A stretch of 64,000 nucleotides of DNA from Schmidtea polychroa. Lineage: Eukaryota. Under the pieces are notes generated by a model, which saw only the letters and a program-made list of their open reading frames with translations, was not told the DNA's origin and did not search any database. The stretch spans positions 3,906,001 through 3,970,000 of the forward strand of contig CM097885.1 in assembly GCA_044892525.1 (NCBI GenBank). Reading direction: 5' to 3'. Shown piece after piece: positions 48,090-61,172 of the stretch. Positions within the stretch are counted from its first letter, which is position 1, and every line of letters starts with the position of its first letter. The position numbers and the translations under genes were made by a program.

Positions 48090-48470
48090 CCAACAGATCC
48101 TTCACAAACTTAAGATGTCCCAATTGTTCGCATTCTATAAGAATCTTCAATGGTGTTTGCCAAGACTTTAATTTAATGTTCAAAAACTTGTTGAAACCTT
48201 TATCTGACAATTTAGATGGTTTCCATTGGCTCAGTCGGATTGACACGCATCGGATATCCTCTAGATGCTGCTCGAATGCACTGCAGTGAATTAGCAAGCC
48301 ATCGATATAGAGCATGCATTGATTTATTCCGTGCGTTACCCAATTCATTCATATCGGTCAATGAGGCTGCTGCATTTGTTAATCCGATTGCAATACCTCG
48401 CAATTGGTGTAGATCTCGTCCAATGATAATTGTTGCTTTCCCTTTGCCTTCTCCTTTGTTTTCAATTAGC
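48090..48470 (-). mobile_element. Gypsy RT fragment
   Basis: IGLTNAAAS and LYIDGLLIH..FEQHLEDIRCV. Confidence 0.65.
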
Positions 48471-48497
48471 CAATATTCCCTCCTCAGGCCGAGGCTG

Positions 48498-48565
<68 letters not shown>

Positions 48566-48570
<5 letters not shown>

Positions 48571-49320
48571 AGGTTCTCAAATCTCAACTTGATGGTTCCT
48601 GTTGTTATGTTCGAGGGTTTATCTTTACCTAATTGAATTACAGTATCTAAGTGACGTACTATAGTGCGTGTAAGGGGTATGTAGTAGTTAGTATTTAAAT
48701 GTATATGTTGTAAGGAGCTTGATGAACCCGATAGTGTCACCGTTAAAAATTGTGGCGGGACAATCGGGGTGCGTGTTTATAAAACCCTGATAAAATAATA
48801 AATAACAAACAATGTAACTATAAAACGTTTATTAATGAATAAAATTTATTTGACCTGATTTAGGAAATGTCTTGGTATCCCCTTTTTGATTAACTTGGAA
48901 GAAATGGACAATTGTAGTCAAACTTCAGAAACGTCTTTATATCCTCTTTTAGATTAGATTGGAAGAAAATGGGTAATTGTAATCAAGCTATAGAAATATC
49001 TATTTATTTTCTTTTTGTTAGCTTTGCTTTCAATTTATTTTCGACTTTTTCCCTATAGCGATAATTTACTATAGTAAATTATCACTATATAGTTTTTTTT
49101 TAAGATTTTTATTTCAGGACGTTGGGGGCGCCGAAACAGGAGTAAAAAAAACCTAATTGAGGTTCTGTTTTGGCCCATAATTATCATTAAAAATGTAAAA
49201 TTCTACTACAGTTCCTTTATAAATAAGAACACAAATACTGGTTCAATAAATTTATTTAATTATCACAATTACAAATTAAGTTAAAAATATAAAATTAACA
49301 ATCACCACAAATATATGCAT
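48566..49320. mobile_element. LTR fragment (family of 56252 onward) interrupted by a second solo LTR at 48600-49210 with TSD GTTCC
   Basis: The flanks rejoin to match 56252-56375; GTTCC at 48595-48599 and 49211-49215; the insert has TG..CA termini. Confidence 0.85.
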
Positions 49321-49339
49321 ATATATCCGAAAAGGCGGT

Positions 49340-50250
49340 AGTCACAACAATGATCTTCTGTGAAATCTTCTTCTACATCATCTTCTATGTCATCAAGCAT
49401 CTCATGGGAAATGGAATATTTCGGTACATGGCAACAATCCATGATAACTAAATGGAGTGCATCAATATGCAAAGTTGATTTAAAACTCAAAATATTTTAC
49501 CATATTATTTCCTTACAGCTGCTGCCTCATTAGGTGACTACATAACATCACTTTCTAAGGCTATCCCAAAGTTCACCAATTTGTTTTCTATCAAATTTTT
49601 TATAGTTTCTCCATTTCCTTGCTTAATTATTTCAGTTAAATCCAGAACTTAGCATTCAACTCTATTTGATTCTATTCCAATTACATGAGGTGTTACATTT
49701 ACCTTAGCGTCAGATAGTGCAATCTGTCCACTCATCCACTGTAATGGCAAATTTACGATTTTCTCTTTTTAATTTTTCAAATATTTGATAAAGTTCGATA
49801 CGTTTTTCTTTATGAAACTCGTTAATGCATTTAGAAATATTTTTTGTACTTATAGGCATTTTATAACCTTTCTGTTGCACGTCACCGCGTATATAGCTTG
49901 AGAATTGCCCATTGCTATGATTGACATTCCTTCAACAGCCGCCGCTTTGGACAATATTTAATTTGTTACCAAGATCAAATAGTATTTGTATCAGTTTGTT
50001 GCTTCTTGCTAAGAACATTGCTTTCTTCATAATTTTCAGTGGAGCCCGATTTACATATTGCTACATTGTGTCACGGCTTTAAATGGTTAATTATAGGAAT
50101 GGGAGAGCTTCTACATCATATTTTCATGTTGAAGCTACCACATCTGGCCTCACCAATTTTTGTTTCCTCTTTTTTATAAAACTTTCTTAGCTCTGACTTT
50201 TCTTTAAAATGAAACTTTATTATATTTCAACAATTACGCGTTTTTTCCTT
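49340..50250 (-). mobile_element. hAT transposase pseudogene
   Basis: RKFAITVDEWTD (first catalytic Asp region), GNGETIKNLIENKL..FGI and a HLVIMD segment; many stops. Confidence 0.7.
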
Positions 50251-51900
50251 TTCATAATTCTCTAGAATTGTTTTTAATATTTGCTTTTGTGGTGTTTATC
50301 CTAAGCAATTCTGGTTTCTTTGCTTTTATAGAATTAGATGATGAAATCATGAAATCACAAATATTATTGCGTACACAAAAAATTTTATTGTTTTCTTTAA
50401 ATTACAATTTTCTTAAATTATTTACATTTTTAAATTTTAACTCCAAGTGAATACATTCAAAAACTAGTATTTACTTAAACAATTAAAACAATATGATTTT
50501 TTTTGATTAAGCAAAAAAATGTAGTTAATTGTTCACTACTAATCATAAAAAGTAACAATTAATTATCAAGTTTCCAATTTTTTTTAGATATCCCAATCAA
50601 ATTATTTGTCCGTTATTTCTTGGATCCATAATTGATTTGTGTAGTGGTTTGATAAAAAGATCTATTCGGGTTCATATTATTGTTAGGATTTGTTACATAT
50701 TTCGTGAATTGTAATGGATGAGGATGTTGGTCTATGAGAGCCAACACTAAAACTATTAGGGGCCGAATACATTTACTCTTGATAATAATAACATGGCATC
50801 AAATTTGCTTTACTCATCTGAGATTGATTTATAGAGCCTGATTGATAAGTAGAAGTATTAGCTGATTGCATGAATTTTGATTGACCATAATTGTGTTCTG
50901 ATTGATCCTTATTCGCTAATGACCGCCCATTTATATATAATATAATATAGTATAATATTTATATAGATATTGTTAAGGCCGTGTAACGGCTCACTACAGC
51001 TTTTTTCAGTCGCTTTTCTTTTTCAAAGCTTTTTGTGTGTTTTAGTTTTTTAAATTATTCAAATATTGGGGGGGGGGGGGGGTATATTCAAATTGGAATG
51101 TCTAACTTGCAATTATGTAAAAGATTTCTTTACAAAACTTACATATTACTTATTAATGAAAATAATCTCGGCAATTAACCCAATTGCGCCTTCACTTACA
51201 ATCGTCTTGTTAGCCTTTGACCTTTGATTTATATAGATTTCGATAAGATTATTTTATGGCAAAATTCCACAATAACTTATTCCATCGATAGGACATTTTT
51301 AACTGCTTCCTTAGCATCACTTTCTCGTTAATCCTGGCTATTCTTTGTATCATTTGTTGTATTTGTCATACAGCAATAAGGACTGACTTGATAACCAAAT
51401 CCTTTCATCTTGACCATGTTTCTTTTGTTATTATAATGTGATAATGGTTATTGTATTATCATTATAATAATCATCATTTATATGATATAAATGTTTGGCA
51501 ACATCCATTGGAACTAATATTGATTGTGTAGGATATCAAAACAAAACTGACATACTTTCAAATAGACTTAGACTTTGTCGTACTTCGTATTTCATTGACC
51601 TCTCATTCCAGTTCTCAGGCTTAGTCAAAGAATAAATTCGTCAAGAAATCACGGATTTCAATAGCGAATATCTACTGAATTGCGGTGGTCATTTGCGACC
51701 TTATATATCAAACTTCATATTTGTTATTGAAGAGAAGACCTAAATCAGACGAGAGCAATTAGAGGAACATAAAACTAAGCGAAGATTTAAAAAAGAACTC
51801 TGATGTTTTGGTATTGGTAAATTGATATAAACCGAAGCTATTTAGTTGATAGAAAAGTGATATAAAATTGCTGGAGTGGGGAGTGAGAGAGGATTTCCTG

Positions 51901-51919
51901 GAGGTGACATCCTACTACT
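51901..51919. mobile_element. Short Polinton-like terminal motif
   Basis: GAGGTGACATCCTACTACT, matching the end at 15111-15147. Confidence 0.35.
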
Positions 51920-54383
51920 ACAGTCGACAGTCCCTTTCATACCTCTTTCCATTTCTTCTTTAGCTGATAAACCAGCATCTCTCTATGTTTAGCCATCCAT
52001 TCATTTTTCTTTCTTCTATGACGTCTTTCAAATTCAATATCTCATTCCTTGCAAATTCGAGTCACTAACTAACACTTCGTTCGCAATTTGGTAGCAACAC
52101 CATTATTCTTGTCGGACATATTCGCTACATAGTCAGTAAATAAGCACACAAGTTTACTCAAGTCGAAATGATAGTCATTCAAAATTTTCAATATAATTTC
52201 TTATCAATTGCCACCATAAAACACAGATACCTAAATATAATATATATATATTTTAAAGAATTAATTCATGTCTTAAATTCGAAATCTTTCATATTCTTCA
52301 GATATGACGAGTACTTTACTTAATTGCTAAAACATCGGTTTTTCCATTTTTCTTGACATTCGTTGAAAGAAAGTTTACATAATTTAAATCTGATAAGTAA
52401 ACATTCATGTTGAAGGACACCCACAATCAGATCATTCGTTTAAGAAATCCAGAAAATAACTCATTTAGTGTTTCACCATTTTGTCTGGTTCATCTTCTTC
52501 ATAATTATATATTTCATTTTCTTCATTACTAAGTAAAATAATTAAAATATTGTAGTAAATTCTTTATTTACTTACTTTATGGATACTAAAACGAAAGAAA
52601 TAAAGTTATATCAAAAATATATTTAAATAATTTAAATTTAAATAATTTGAATTTAGTTATTTAAACATATTTAAACATTAATATTATTATAATTTTATGT
52701 ATTCTAAATTTAATATATCCTTCATTTAATTTTTTAAATTCAAAAATTTATAATGAAGATTCTTTGAATTAAAAAATATTCTGTTAGTATTTCCAGGCAG
52801 AAAACAACGAATTCAATAATTAAATCTTAATTTTCATGTTATATATTTAGGTTTGTGGCCAGAAGTTAATCGCCATCTAATCGTTTGTTCTCAATTTCGC
52901 TCATTTTTGTTCAAAACATTCAGATGAGTTGTTATCTGAAAAGTTTCTTTTAGCTCAGCTTTGTTAAAACACTCACGGTATTCTTAAAAGATGTGACACT
53001 GGAAATAAATTAACAATGGGTGGTCATCCATACATGTTGTTGGTCTGAGCTGTCGATTTATTTGGAAATAGATATATTAAAAACATTTACGGTATCATTC
53101 AGTAAAATAATATAGTATTTTTGAGTATTTTTTAGTTAATTTATAAATAACAGTATTTGATATATCAATAAAGACCATATACTCCGAGTTTATCCTTGGC
53201 AAGATATTCTGTCCCCCTATGGGTATTGCTAGCAAGGGTACTGGTCACATTCAACATGTCGCAAGGGTATATTAATCATTTAGAAATTCTTATGTAATTT
53301 AGTGAGATGATCAGAAATTCGTGAATATTTTAAATGTAACTTACCGAATTCTTATTTCGAGCGACTAATTTATTGGTTAACTTTGTAGTCATTTAGAGCA
53401 AAAGGTAATGTATTCGTCTACAATAGTTAATAATATGAGAAAAACATGGTCATTATTCATTGATAATTTTAAATTCTTTATCATTTGGAGTAAATTTGTT
53501 TGAGGCAAAAATAATTAAAGGAGTCATAATAGAAATATGGTTATCATTTAACCAATTAAATGGCTTATTAGTTAGAAATATATATTATAAAGTAACAATT
53601 ATTTTCTAATTTAATGAGATGATCATTGGGCGTAGTATATCTTTGCGAGAATTTTAAGATGTTTGAGTAACCAAAACATGGATATTTTGTGCGATCAATT
53701 TATGAATATTGGTTAATTTAGTCATATAAAATAATAATAATATAATAAGGTAATTTAGCAAAATATCATTGTAAGATTTGTCCACCCGATAACAATATTC
53801 CTTCAATAGATTAACTGATATTCAACCTATTTAATTTCTAGAAATCTAATTAAAATCATAAATTTCCTTCAAAGATCACTTTTCTTTAGTTGTTTTCCAA
53901 TTCTTTTAAGTTAATATTTCTCAAGCTTTGTCAACGATATCCCCAAAATGAATAAAATAACTTCTTAAATAAAAATAATTTAAAGCAATAACTATTGATA
54001 TCAATTAATTCTAAAGATTTCAAATATCTCATTGTCAAAACCAAGTAAATTGATCATTAACCATTAATAAAACCGTGGATAATTAATAAAAACTGGATCT
54101 GAAACATAAATTACTGTGCAATAACATTCATCACAACCTCTAAAACGATATAATTTCACAGGAACTATTCATAGCTGACTATTCCTCTTGAAAATTTGAT
54201 ATTTTACCAATAAGAATATATAAATATTCAAAACATTCACTTGGCTCTTGCTATTTGTTTTATTTTTTTTACTTTTGTACAAGCGTGTATTCTTTTTTCA
54301 TGAATAATTATTCTAGATTTATCTCTTTCATCTGTCTTTAGGGGTGACCTCTAGTGGCCTATGTAATCCTTCGAATATATTCA

Positions 54384-56375
54384 CTATAACATCTTCTTTA
54401 TTTCTATTTCAAGTTCAAACATTTGATTTTCTTGTTGCTTCTTCGCTAAAAGCGGTATTAAATTTCCCAGGCTCTCAAGGTCCATTACTTCCATTTCAAT
54501 TTTATTTATTATTCGTAATGTCTCACTATCATCTACTAGATAATTTTTCAAAGATTCCTCTAATTCTTGTCTCAAAATAATCTGTCTATCTAATTCTGAT
54601 AATAATTGTTCATCTCTTTTTCTTTGCTCTCTTAATTCTTCATTGTCTAATCTAACTTCATTCGCATTCGCTTTAAATTCATTTATTGATACCTCCATTT
54701 TATTTCTTTCAATCAATCTTATATTTTGTCTTAAATTCCTTTAATTCATCTCTCAAAATCTCAATTTCGTCATTCGATTCCTTGATTTCCATACTATTTA
54801 TTTGTTTTATTTCAGGCTCTTTTTTAAATTGGACTCTATTAGGAGATTCGACTTGTATATTTCTACATGTTTTCGCTATATGACCATATTTCTTACAGTT
54901 AAAACACCTTATTTCCCCTCGAAAATTAACTCTATCTCTTCCATCATTACTAAATGGGCTAGGTCGTCTATTTCTATTAAAAATCTGTTGATTGGGACTC
55001 ATTCTTCTTCCTCCACAATTGTTTCTATCAACATCATTTCTGTTATCTCCATTTTTATTCCTATCAAATCGATTTGTTCGCGTATATTCGAAATAAATAT
55101 TCCTATTATTCTGATTATCACTAAAACGATTATTTTTATTATATCGATTATTTCCGAAATAACTCTCTCTATTATAATTTCTTTGACTCCTGTTATCTCA
55201 ATCATAACAATTATCTCTATTATTCATGTATGTATTTCTATCATTGAATTCTGAACGACCATTATTTCAATTATTCGATTTATCCCTTGGACTATTAAAT
55301 TTATAATTGTTATCAAAATTAAGACTTGGACTTGGACTAGACTTTTTTCTATTCTTAACATAATTAAGAATATAACTGTTTCAATTCCTTCAAAGGAATG
55401 TTGTCATCATTATCAATTGACTTATTTTTATCTTTCTCAACCTGAATTTCTACTGCTTCTATCGCAGAATTAAATTTATCTCTTTGTATCGCTTCAATTC
55501 TTCGTGACTTTTGTACTAACTCATTGAAATCTCAATATTCTACCATTATCAAAGATTTATATAAATGTTTTTGAATACCATTTCATAATTGATCCTCTAT
55601 TAATCTTGTCGTGTGTTCTCCAACACCAAAGGATTTTTGAGCTAATTCAGTTAAATTATAAACATATTCACTAATTGTTTCTCTACTACCTTGATATCTA
55701 TTTCGAAATTTTTGAACATTTATCTTCAGTAAGTCTCTCTCGATTACTATTTCACTTCTCAGATTCTCGACTAACTCTTCCCAATTTCTACCCTTACACT
55801 CTAAATTATTAAATGCTTGTAATGCATACCCTTTTAAATATAATGGTATTCTTCTTTTTAGTTCATCTCTTGTTCATCCACAAGCTTCCGCAAACTGGGC
55901 AATTTCATCAAAAAAATCATCAAATTTTTCAGGTTCTCCATTATGATGCTCTACTGGTAATGTTTTTATCAAAATATTACGATTATTATTTTCATCATCT
56001 CTATTTTGCCAAATATAATGGATGTTATCATTATTCTCATTATTATTCGCCATTCTGTATATTGTTCGATTTCTCAAATTATATATAATTTCAAGTAGAT
56101 TATCAATGTTATCACAAAAATTAATTAAGTACAAGTGTCCAATAATTTATATATATATATTCCCAATTAAGATACCCTCTGATCGCAATTCCTATCTCCT
56201 GAATTGATTTATTCAATTTTGTTTTAATTTAATCTTGTTCACGGCACCAAATGTTAAGGTTATCAAATCTCAACTTGATTGTTCCTATATAAATAAGAAC
56301 ACAAATACTGGTTCAATAAAATGTATTTGATTATAACAATTTCAAATTATATAATGTAAAATTAACAATCACCAC
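54384..56375 (-). mobile_element. Gypsy-like element 5' part: LTR edge (56252 onward), tRNA-His-type PBS, degenerate gag
   Basis: The minus strand reads ..CCTTAACA-TT-TGGTGCCGTGA, complementary to the tRNA-His 3' end. Gag FDDFFDEIAQFAEACG, FRNRYQG..ETISEY and knuckle CFNCKKYGHIAKTC. Confidence 0.8.
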
Positions 56376-56868
56376 AAATATATTTCAATTTGTATTGTAA
56401 ATGCGTGTGTATGTGTATGTATGAGCTCGGATGTGTAAAATAGGTATGCTCTAAATTATATTGCAATATCAATTCCTGAATTTGCAACTCTTCTTAGAAG
56501 CTCTTATTTTTTGGGTGTTTTGACTGATAAATCAGTCGACTTATGTATAAAACACCTGTTGACATTCCATTTCGAATGTCAATACACTCTTCTGAAAAAA
56601 TAAAATTCCTTTTTTAAGAATAATGTGCACATATTGCAATAAAAAACACAACAAACAATCCTGCACTCAGTGCAGAAGAAAAACAAATAAGGCACATTGA
56701 TTTCATTTAATTGTTTTCATTAAATATTTGCATTTCATTTTTCAAATAAAATCTTTTGCACAATATTGCTGATTCAACTCTATTGCATACTTTACCTGCT
56801 ACACTGGAAAAAAGATCAGCAATATTGTATACTTACCTAGCGCGAAGAGAAATCTTCGCGTCTCCTGC

Positions 56869-56910
56869 ATAGTACTGACGAGAGCCAAAAGCTTGAAACT
56901 AGTATACTAT
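56869..56910 (+). ncRNA. Type I minimal hammerhead ribozyme, second copy
   Basis: ATAGTA-CTGACGA-GAGC caaaa GCTT-GAAA-C ta G-TA^TACTAT: core intact, G-U in stem II, GUA cleavage triplet, palindromic ACTAGT stem III. Confidence 0.85.
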
Positions 56911-59369
56911 TGGGATTTGCACTGGGTATCACAAAGCTTGTAATATTTTTCTTAGAGAATAACTGTTGAGAATAGTGATCGGAGATGATTGTCAGAGAAC
57001 ACTTGATCGGAACGAGACGAGAAGTTATATATGAAGATATTTGAAGAAAGTTGTCGGAGAAAATTAAAGGAGAAACTAAAGCTAATTATTGATCATAGAG
57101 GGCTTAAAGAGTTTAACTAGTATAATCCAAGTCACTGCAAGAAAATAACCATCTCAAATTCCCCGTTGTTAGGACCAAACGGTAGCTAGTGATCCGTCAA
57201 CCCAGTGTTATTATCCAGTGCTATTCGTCACAGGGTGTCGTAAGAAGCACTAAATAATCGTCGGCCAGATTTTCGAACTAATTGTGTCATCGTGTAGTGA
57301 AAATTATTTGTGATTATCAATAAAGGGTCCTGATGTCGATTGTTATTTGTGAGTCAGTTAAAAGTACGCTTGGAGTCAGAGTAAGAATTTGTAATATATA
57401 AATATATAAATTCCCATGCATTCCCCAAGCCTACAATATTTAGGCCCTAACTTCAATGAAAGTATAATGACTAATTTTGTAACAAAATACTAGACAATCA
57501 TGTTTTCAATCACAATACTACCGAATAATATTAAGTATTTTGTTTATTTTTAATATTTATTAATAAGTGAGTAATATCTAGTGAATAATATTTAAAATAC
57601 AAACAATATTTCTTTCATAAAAAAAATTTAAACTACAATTTTATTTAATTAAATTTGGTACAATTTTTAATATGTGAACAATATGCGATTTATTGTTATA
57701 TTTACTATTTAAAGTGTTATTAGTGATTTTGTGTTAATTATACTCGCATTTAGTTGCATGAAATTATTTTGTTAAATAATAGATAGGCAAAATTCAAGAC
57801 CTACGACGAATTAGCCATTTATAACATTGGGTCAATGGGAAATAAAACCTCTCTTTACGACTGCTCACATTACGACATTTTTTCAGCAACCAATTATGTC
57901 GTAATAGCGGGGGTTTACTGTATATATATATATAAAAGGAAGGTATAATAAAATATAGTTAAAATCAGTAAGAAGTGCAAAATTAATTAAAATTTACTTA
58001 ACTTTTAAAATCAATATTGTACGAAGGAAACGGGTATGGTTGAATGACAAATTAAAAGAAAAATTCAGAAGATATAATGAAAATTTAATGAGTTCACAGC
58101 AAAGGTTATAGCGAAAAAACAAATGAACTAAAGTTAATTAATTCGTAATGAGAAGCCCGAGCTAAATGGAAGCCCGAGCTAATGGGAAACCCAAGCGCTG
58201 AAGGGAATCCAAATTCCATTGAGACTGAATGATTAGATAAGGAAGCAAACTCATATGAGCGCCAATCCGGGCAAACAAGTTACAATGATTTAACAACACC
58301 AAAAATATTTACCCAAGATTCCTGAAAGCTAATTATTTCCAATAATCTTAAATTCTGTAGATTAATGCCCTATCAGTAAAAGTATAAAATGAGAGCTCTA
58401 AAACAGACAAACCATTAGTTGGTCTAAGAAACTAGAGAGAAATTAACTGAAGAAGGCAGTCAGCGATCAGATGACGAAATCTAGTAATTGAAAGCAAAGT
58501 TTAACTCTCGTACAAGAAAAGGCTGTCTACCTTAGTGTGCAATATTTTTTAGAGAAAAAGGAAGAAATCCAATGACGAATTGTAATTTTGATTGAAGTTT
58601 ACAAAAGTAATTCTGTGTTGGGTTTCGATTTATTTGTTTAAGTAACAACACGAGGAGTCAGAGAAAACCGACTTGCAAAATAATAACACTTTTACATTTA
58701 GAAATTATGTGTATATTGAGCATCACCTTGGCCGAAAATATTATGATAACTGCTTAAATTGCTTGTAATTCTTATATTCAAAAAGCAAAATATTTTGCGT
58801 TGGATGCACCAATGCATCTCATCAAGCAGTTCAGTACAACACAACATCACAGATGACATATGCAAACACACAGCAATTTGCACAAATACACACAGATAAC
58901 CGTACACACTCGAAGAAAAATATTGCTGTTAATTAGGTACACCTAACTGCGAAAGTTAACATTGTCTATAATATACGTTGGTGTGCACACCACCTGAGGT
59001 GAGTCACCAATTATATGACAATGTTAACTTAATTTCATTTTTTCAATTTTTCAAAAATCGTTTTAAGGTAGGTTTTTCAATTGAAGTAATTTTTAGGACT
59101 TGAATTTTGATTTTATATAATTATGAGATCATTATTCAAGTTCTTAAATATTACTGTTAGTCAGCATTTATAATATTGATAATATATAACACTGATAATT
59201 AAATTTCAGGTGTTTTTTAGGAATTTTATGGTATTTTATTTGGATTTATTTCGTAAAAGTGTAAGTTAGATATTTTTATAATTATAAATAAGTAAAGTAA
59301 TCACCAAACATTTATTTTTTAAAGACATTTAGTAAAGAATGGATAAAATATTTTTTAGGTTTTTGTAAA

Positions 59370-59580
59370 GTGAAATGTTAAGGCATTAATCAATTTGATA
59401 TAAGGCAATTTTAGTATTGCATTTAGGTGCATTTTACTGCCATTCAATACAGCAATAATTTCTCCACAACTCATATAACATCAGCAGCAGCAGCGATGGC
59501 GGTTTTCTCGTCGGTTCCATTCGTCATAGGAGCGCTTGATTTGTTGAGGCGATTTGTCAGCGCTTATATTCGGGTGGATT
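59370..59580 (+). pseudogene. Partial Ndc80-like fragment copy
   Basis: Only the VHFTAIQY..RRFVSAYIR exon and its upstream intron are present. Confidence 0.55.
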
Positions 59581-59798
59581 TTAATTGGATTATTTCTTTC
59601 ATATTAATTATTAATTTAATTATAATAAATATAATGATAATATCGGATGGAAGGCGCGCGGGTGGGGGGGGGGAGAATGACAATGATTATCACAATAATT
59701 ATCTCATATAATAAATTAATAATAATAATAAGGCAAATAATAAATCAGATCAAAAGCCAAAATAAATCAATTTGTTATTGAAATGTTTTTTAAATTTG

Positions 59799-61172
59799 TC
59801 ATAATTTTTCAATTCTGCACCTGAGCAGCAATTTATCACTTTTGGCTGCAAATTTATAGATTGTGTAATCATTATAAATCCAAACTGGATCATTTCTGTC
59901 ATCTGACGGTTTCTCCCATCCGGCATGATGAGGGCGATCTGAATATTTCACTGACTTGCTCACATAAATGCTGCCATTTGTTAGAGCGATCACATCGATT
60001 GCCACCGATTGATTGAACGGCCAATCCAATTGCTCACCATTCGCCCCACGCATCACACAGAAACCAACCTCAATCCAATTACGCCCAATCGCCACCGTCA
60101 CGCATATTTTGTAACCGATTAACCCAGAATAAAATGCCTTGCTGTAAATATATTCATTTCTCTTTTGTTGTGGTAATTTATCAATTTGCCATTCAAAAAA
60201 TCCATAATTTATATATTTTTCACATCCTAATTTTGTTTCAATCTGCCGAATTTCATTGGCGCATTTCAGCATTTCAAGCTGCAACTGAATCTCAAATTCA
60301 AATATTTCAATAAATCAATAAATCACCTTTTCATTCTCCCGTTGCAGCCGCTGCTCGCATTTCTCTTTCATATCATCAATTTCCTGTTGACAGTTTGATT
60401 CAATCACCTCAATTTGCTGTCTGATCCGCTTTGCATCAATAACAAATCAATAACAAATCAAATCAATAATCAAACTTGATTGATTGATCCAATATTTGTC
60501 TCCATCTCCATTCTCAATGAGCGATTCTCATTCTTCAATGCCACCATTTCCTCATTCAATTCTTCTATTTCTGCTCTGTTCTCCGCCTCTTTCCTTTCAA
60601 TATTGCACAATTTCACCTCCAGTCATAAATATCAATAAAATTAATTACAAATAAAATTTTACATTGATATTGATAATTTCCTCACGCAATTTCACATTCT
60701 CCTCTCTCATGACCTGCATCTCATTGCACAAATTGCTGATCTGATCAATCAGTAATTTGCTATGACCTTCATTGTTCTCATTTAGATGGACTCTCATTTC
60801 GTCCTTCTCTACTTCATTCATTTCACATTAATTCTGTTGAACGGGCATCTAATTGGTTGCTTGTTACATGTTCTCATGTGACTCTCCATCATGCACAACT
60901 CGGTTTTGATTTCACAATTATTCATTGGGCATTTTAAAATTTTTATTGAAAAGAATAGTTTGAACTTCACAATATTTTGCTGCTCCTGGACAGAATTTAT
61001 CTTTTCCATCCAAATAATGCTCAATGCAATCAGAACAAAAGCGACAACCGCAAGGAGCATTGCAAGCCTTTATCTTTAAACATTTGTAAATTCTGCATAT
61101 CAATTCACTGCTGATTTCATTATCAAATTCAAATTTATTGCTCCTCATCATTTCCCATACGCTTGCAAACAT
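59799..61172 (-). pseudogene. traf: TRAF copy 4: exon 1 has a RING Cys>Tyr change, a deletion and frameshifts; MATH exon open
   Basis: CRIYKC; loss of the DVYEDQAINLRISEVIV segment; the frame is split across ORFs 60918-61199 and 60818-61060. MATH ORF 59799-60284. Confidence 0.85.

Noticed and set aside
51000-54300. Scattered gag-, env- or pol-like snippets (also 58000-58600)
   Set aside because: Too degraded to support a family call by eye.
56829-56845. ATACTTACCTAG resembling the U1 snRNA 5' end
   Set aside because: No U1 stem-loops or Sm site follow. The homologous copy at 43210-43224 reads ATACTTAACTGG, and the sequence belongs to the hammerhead-bearing repeat.
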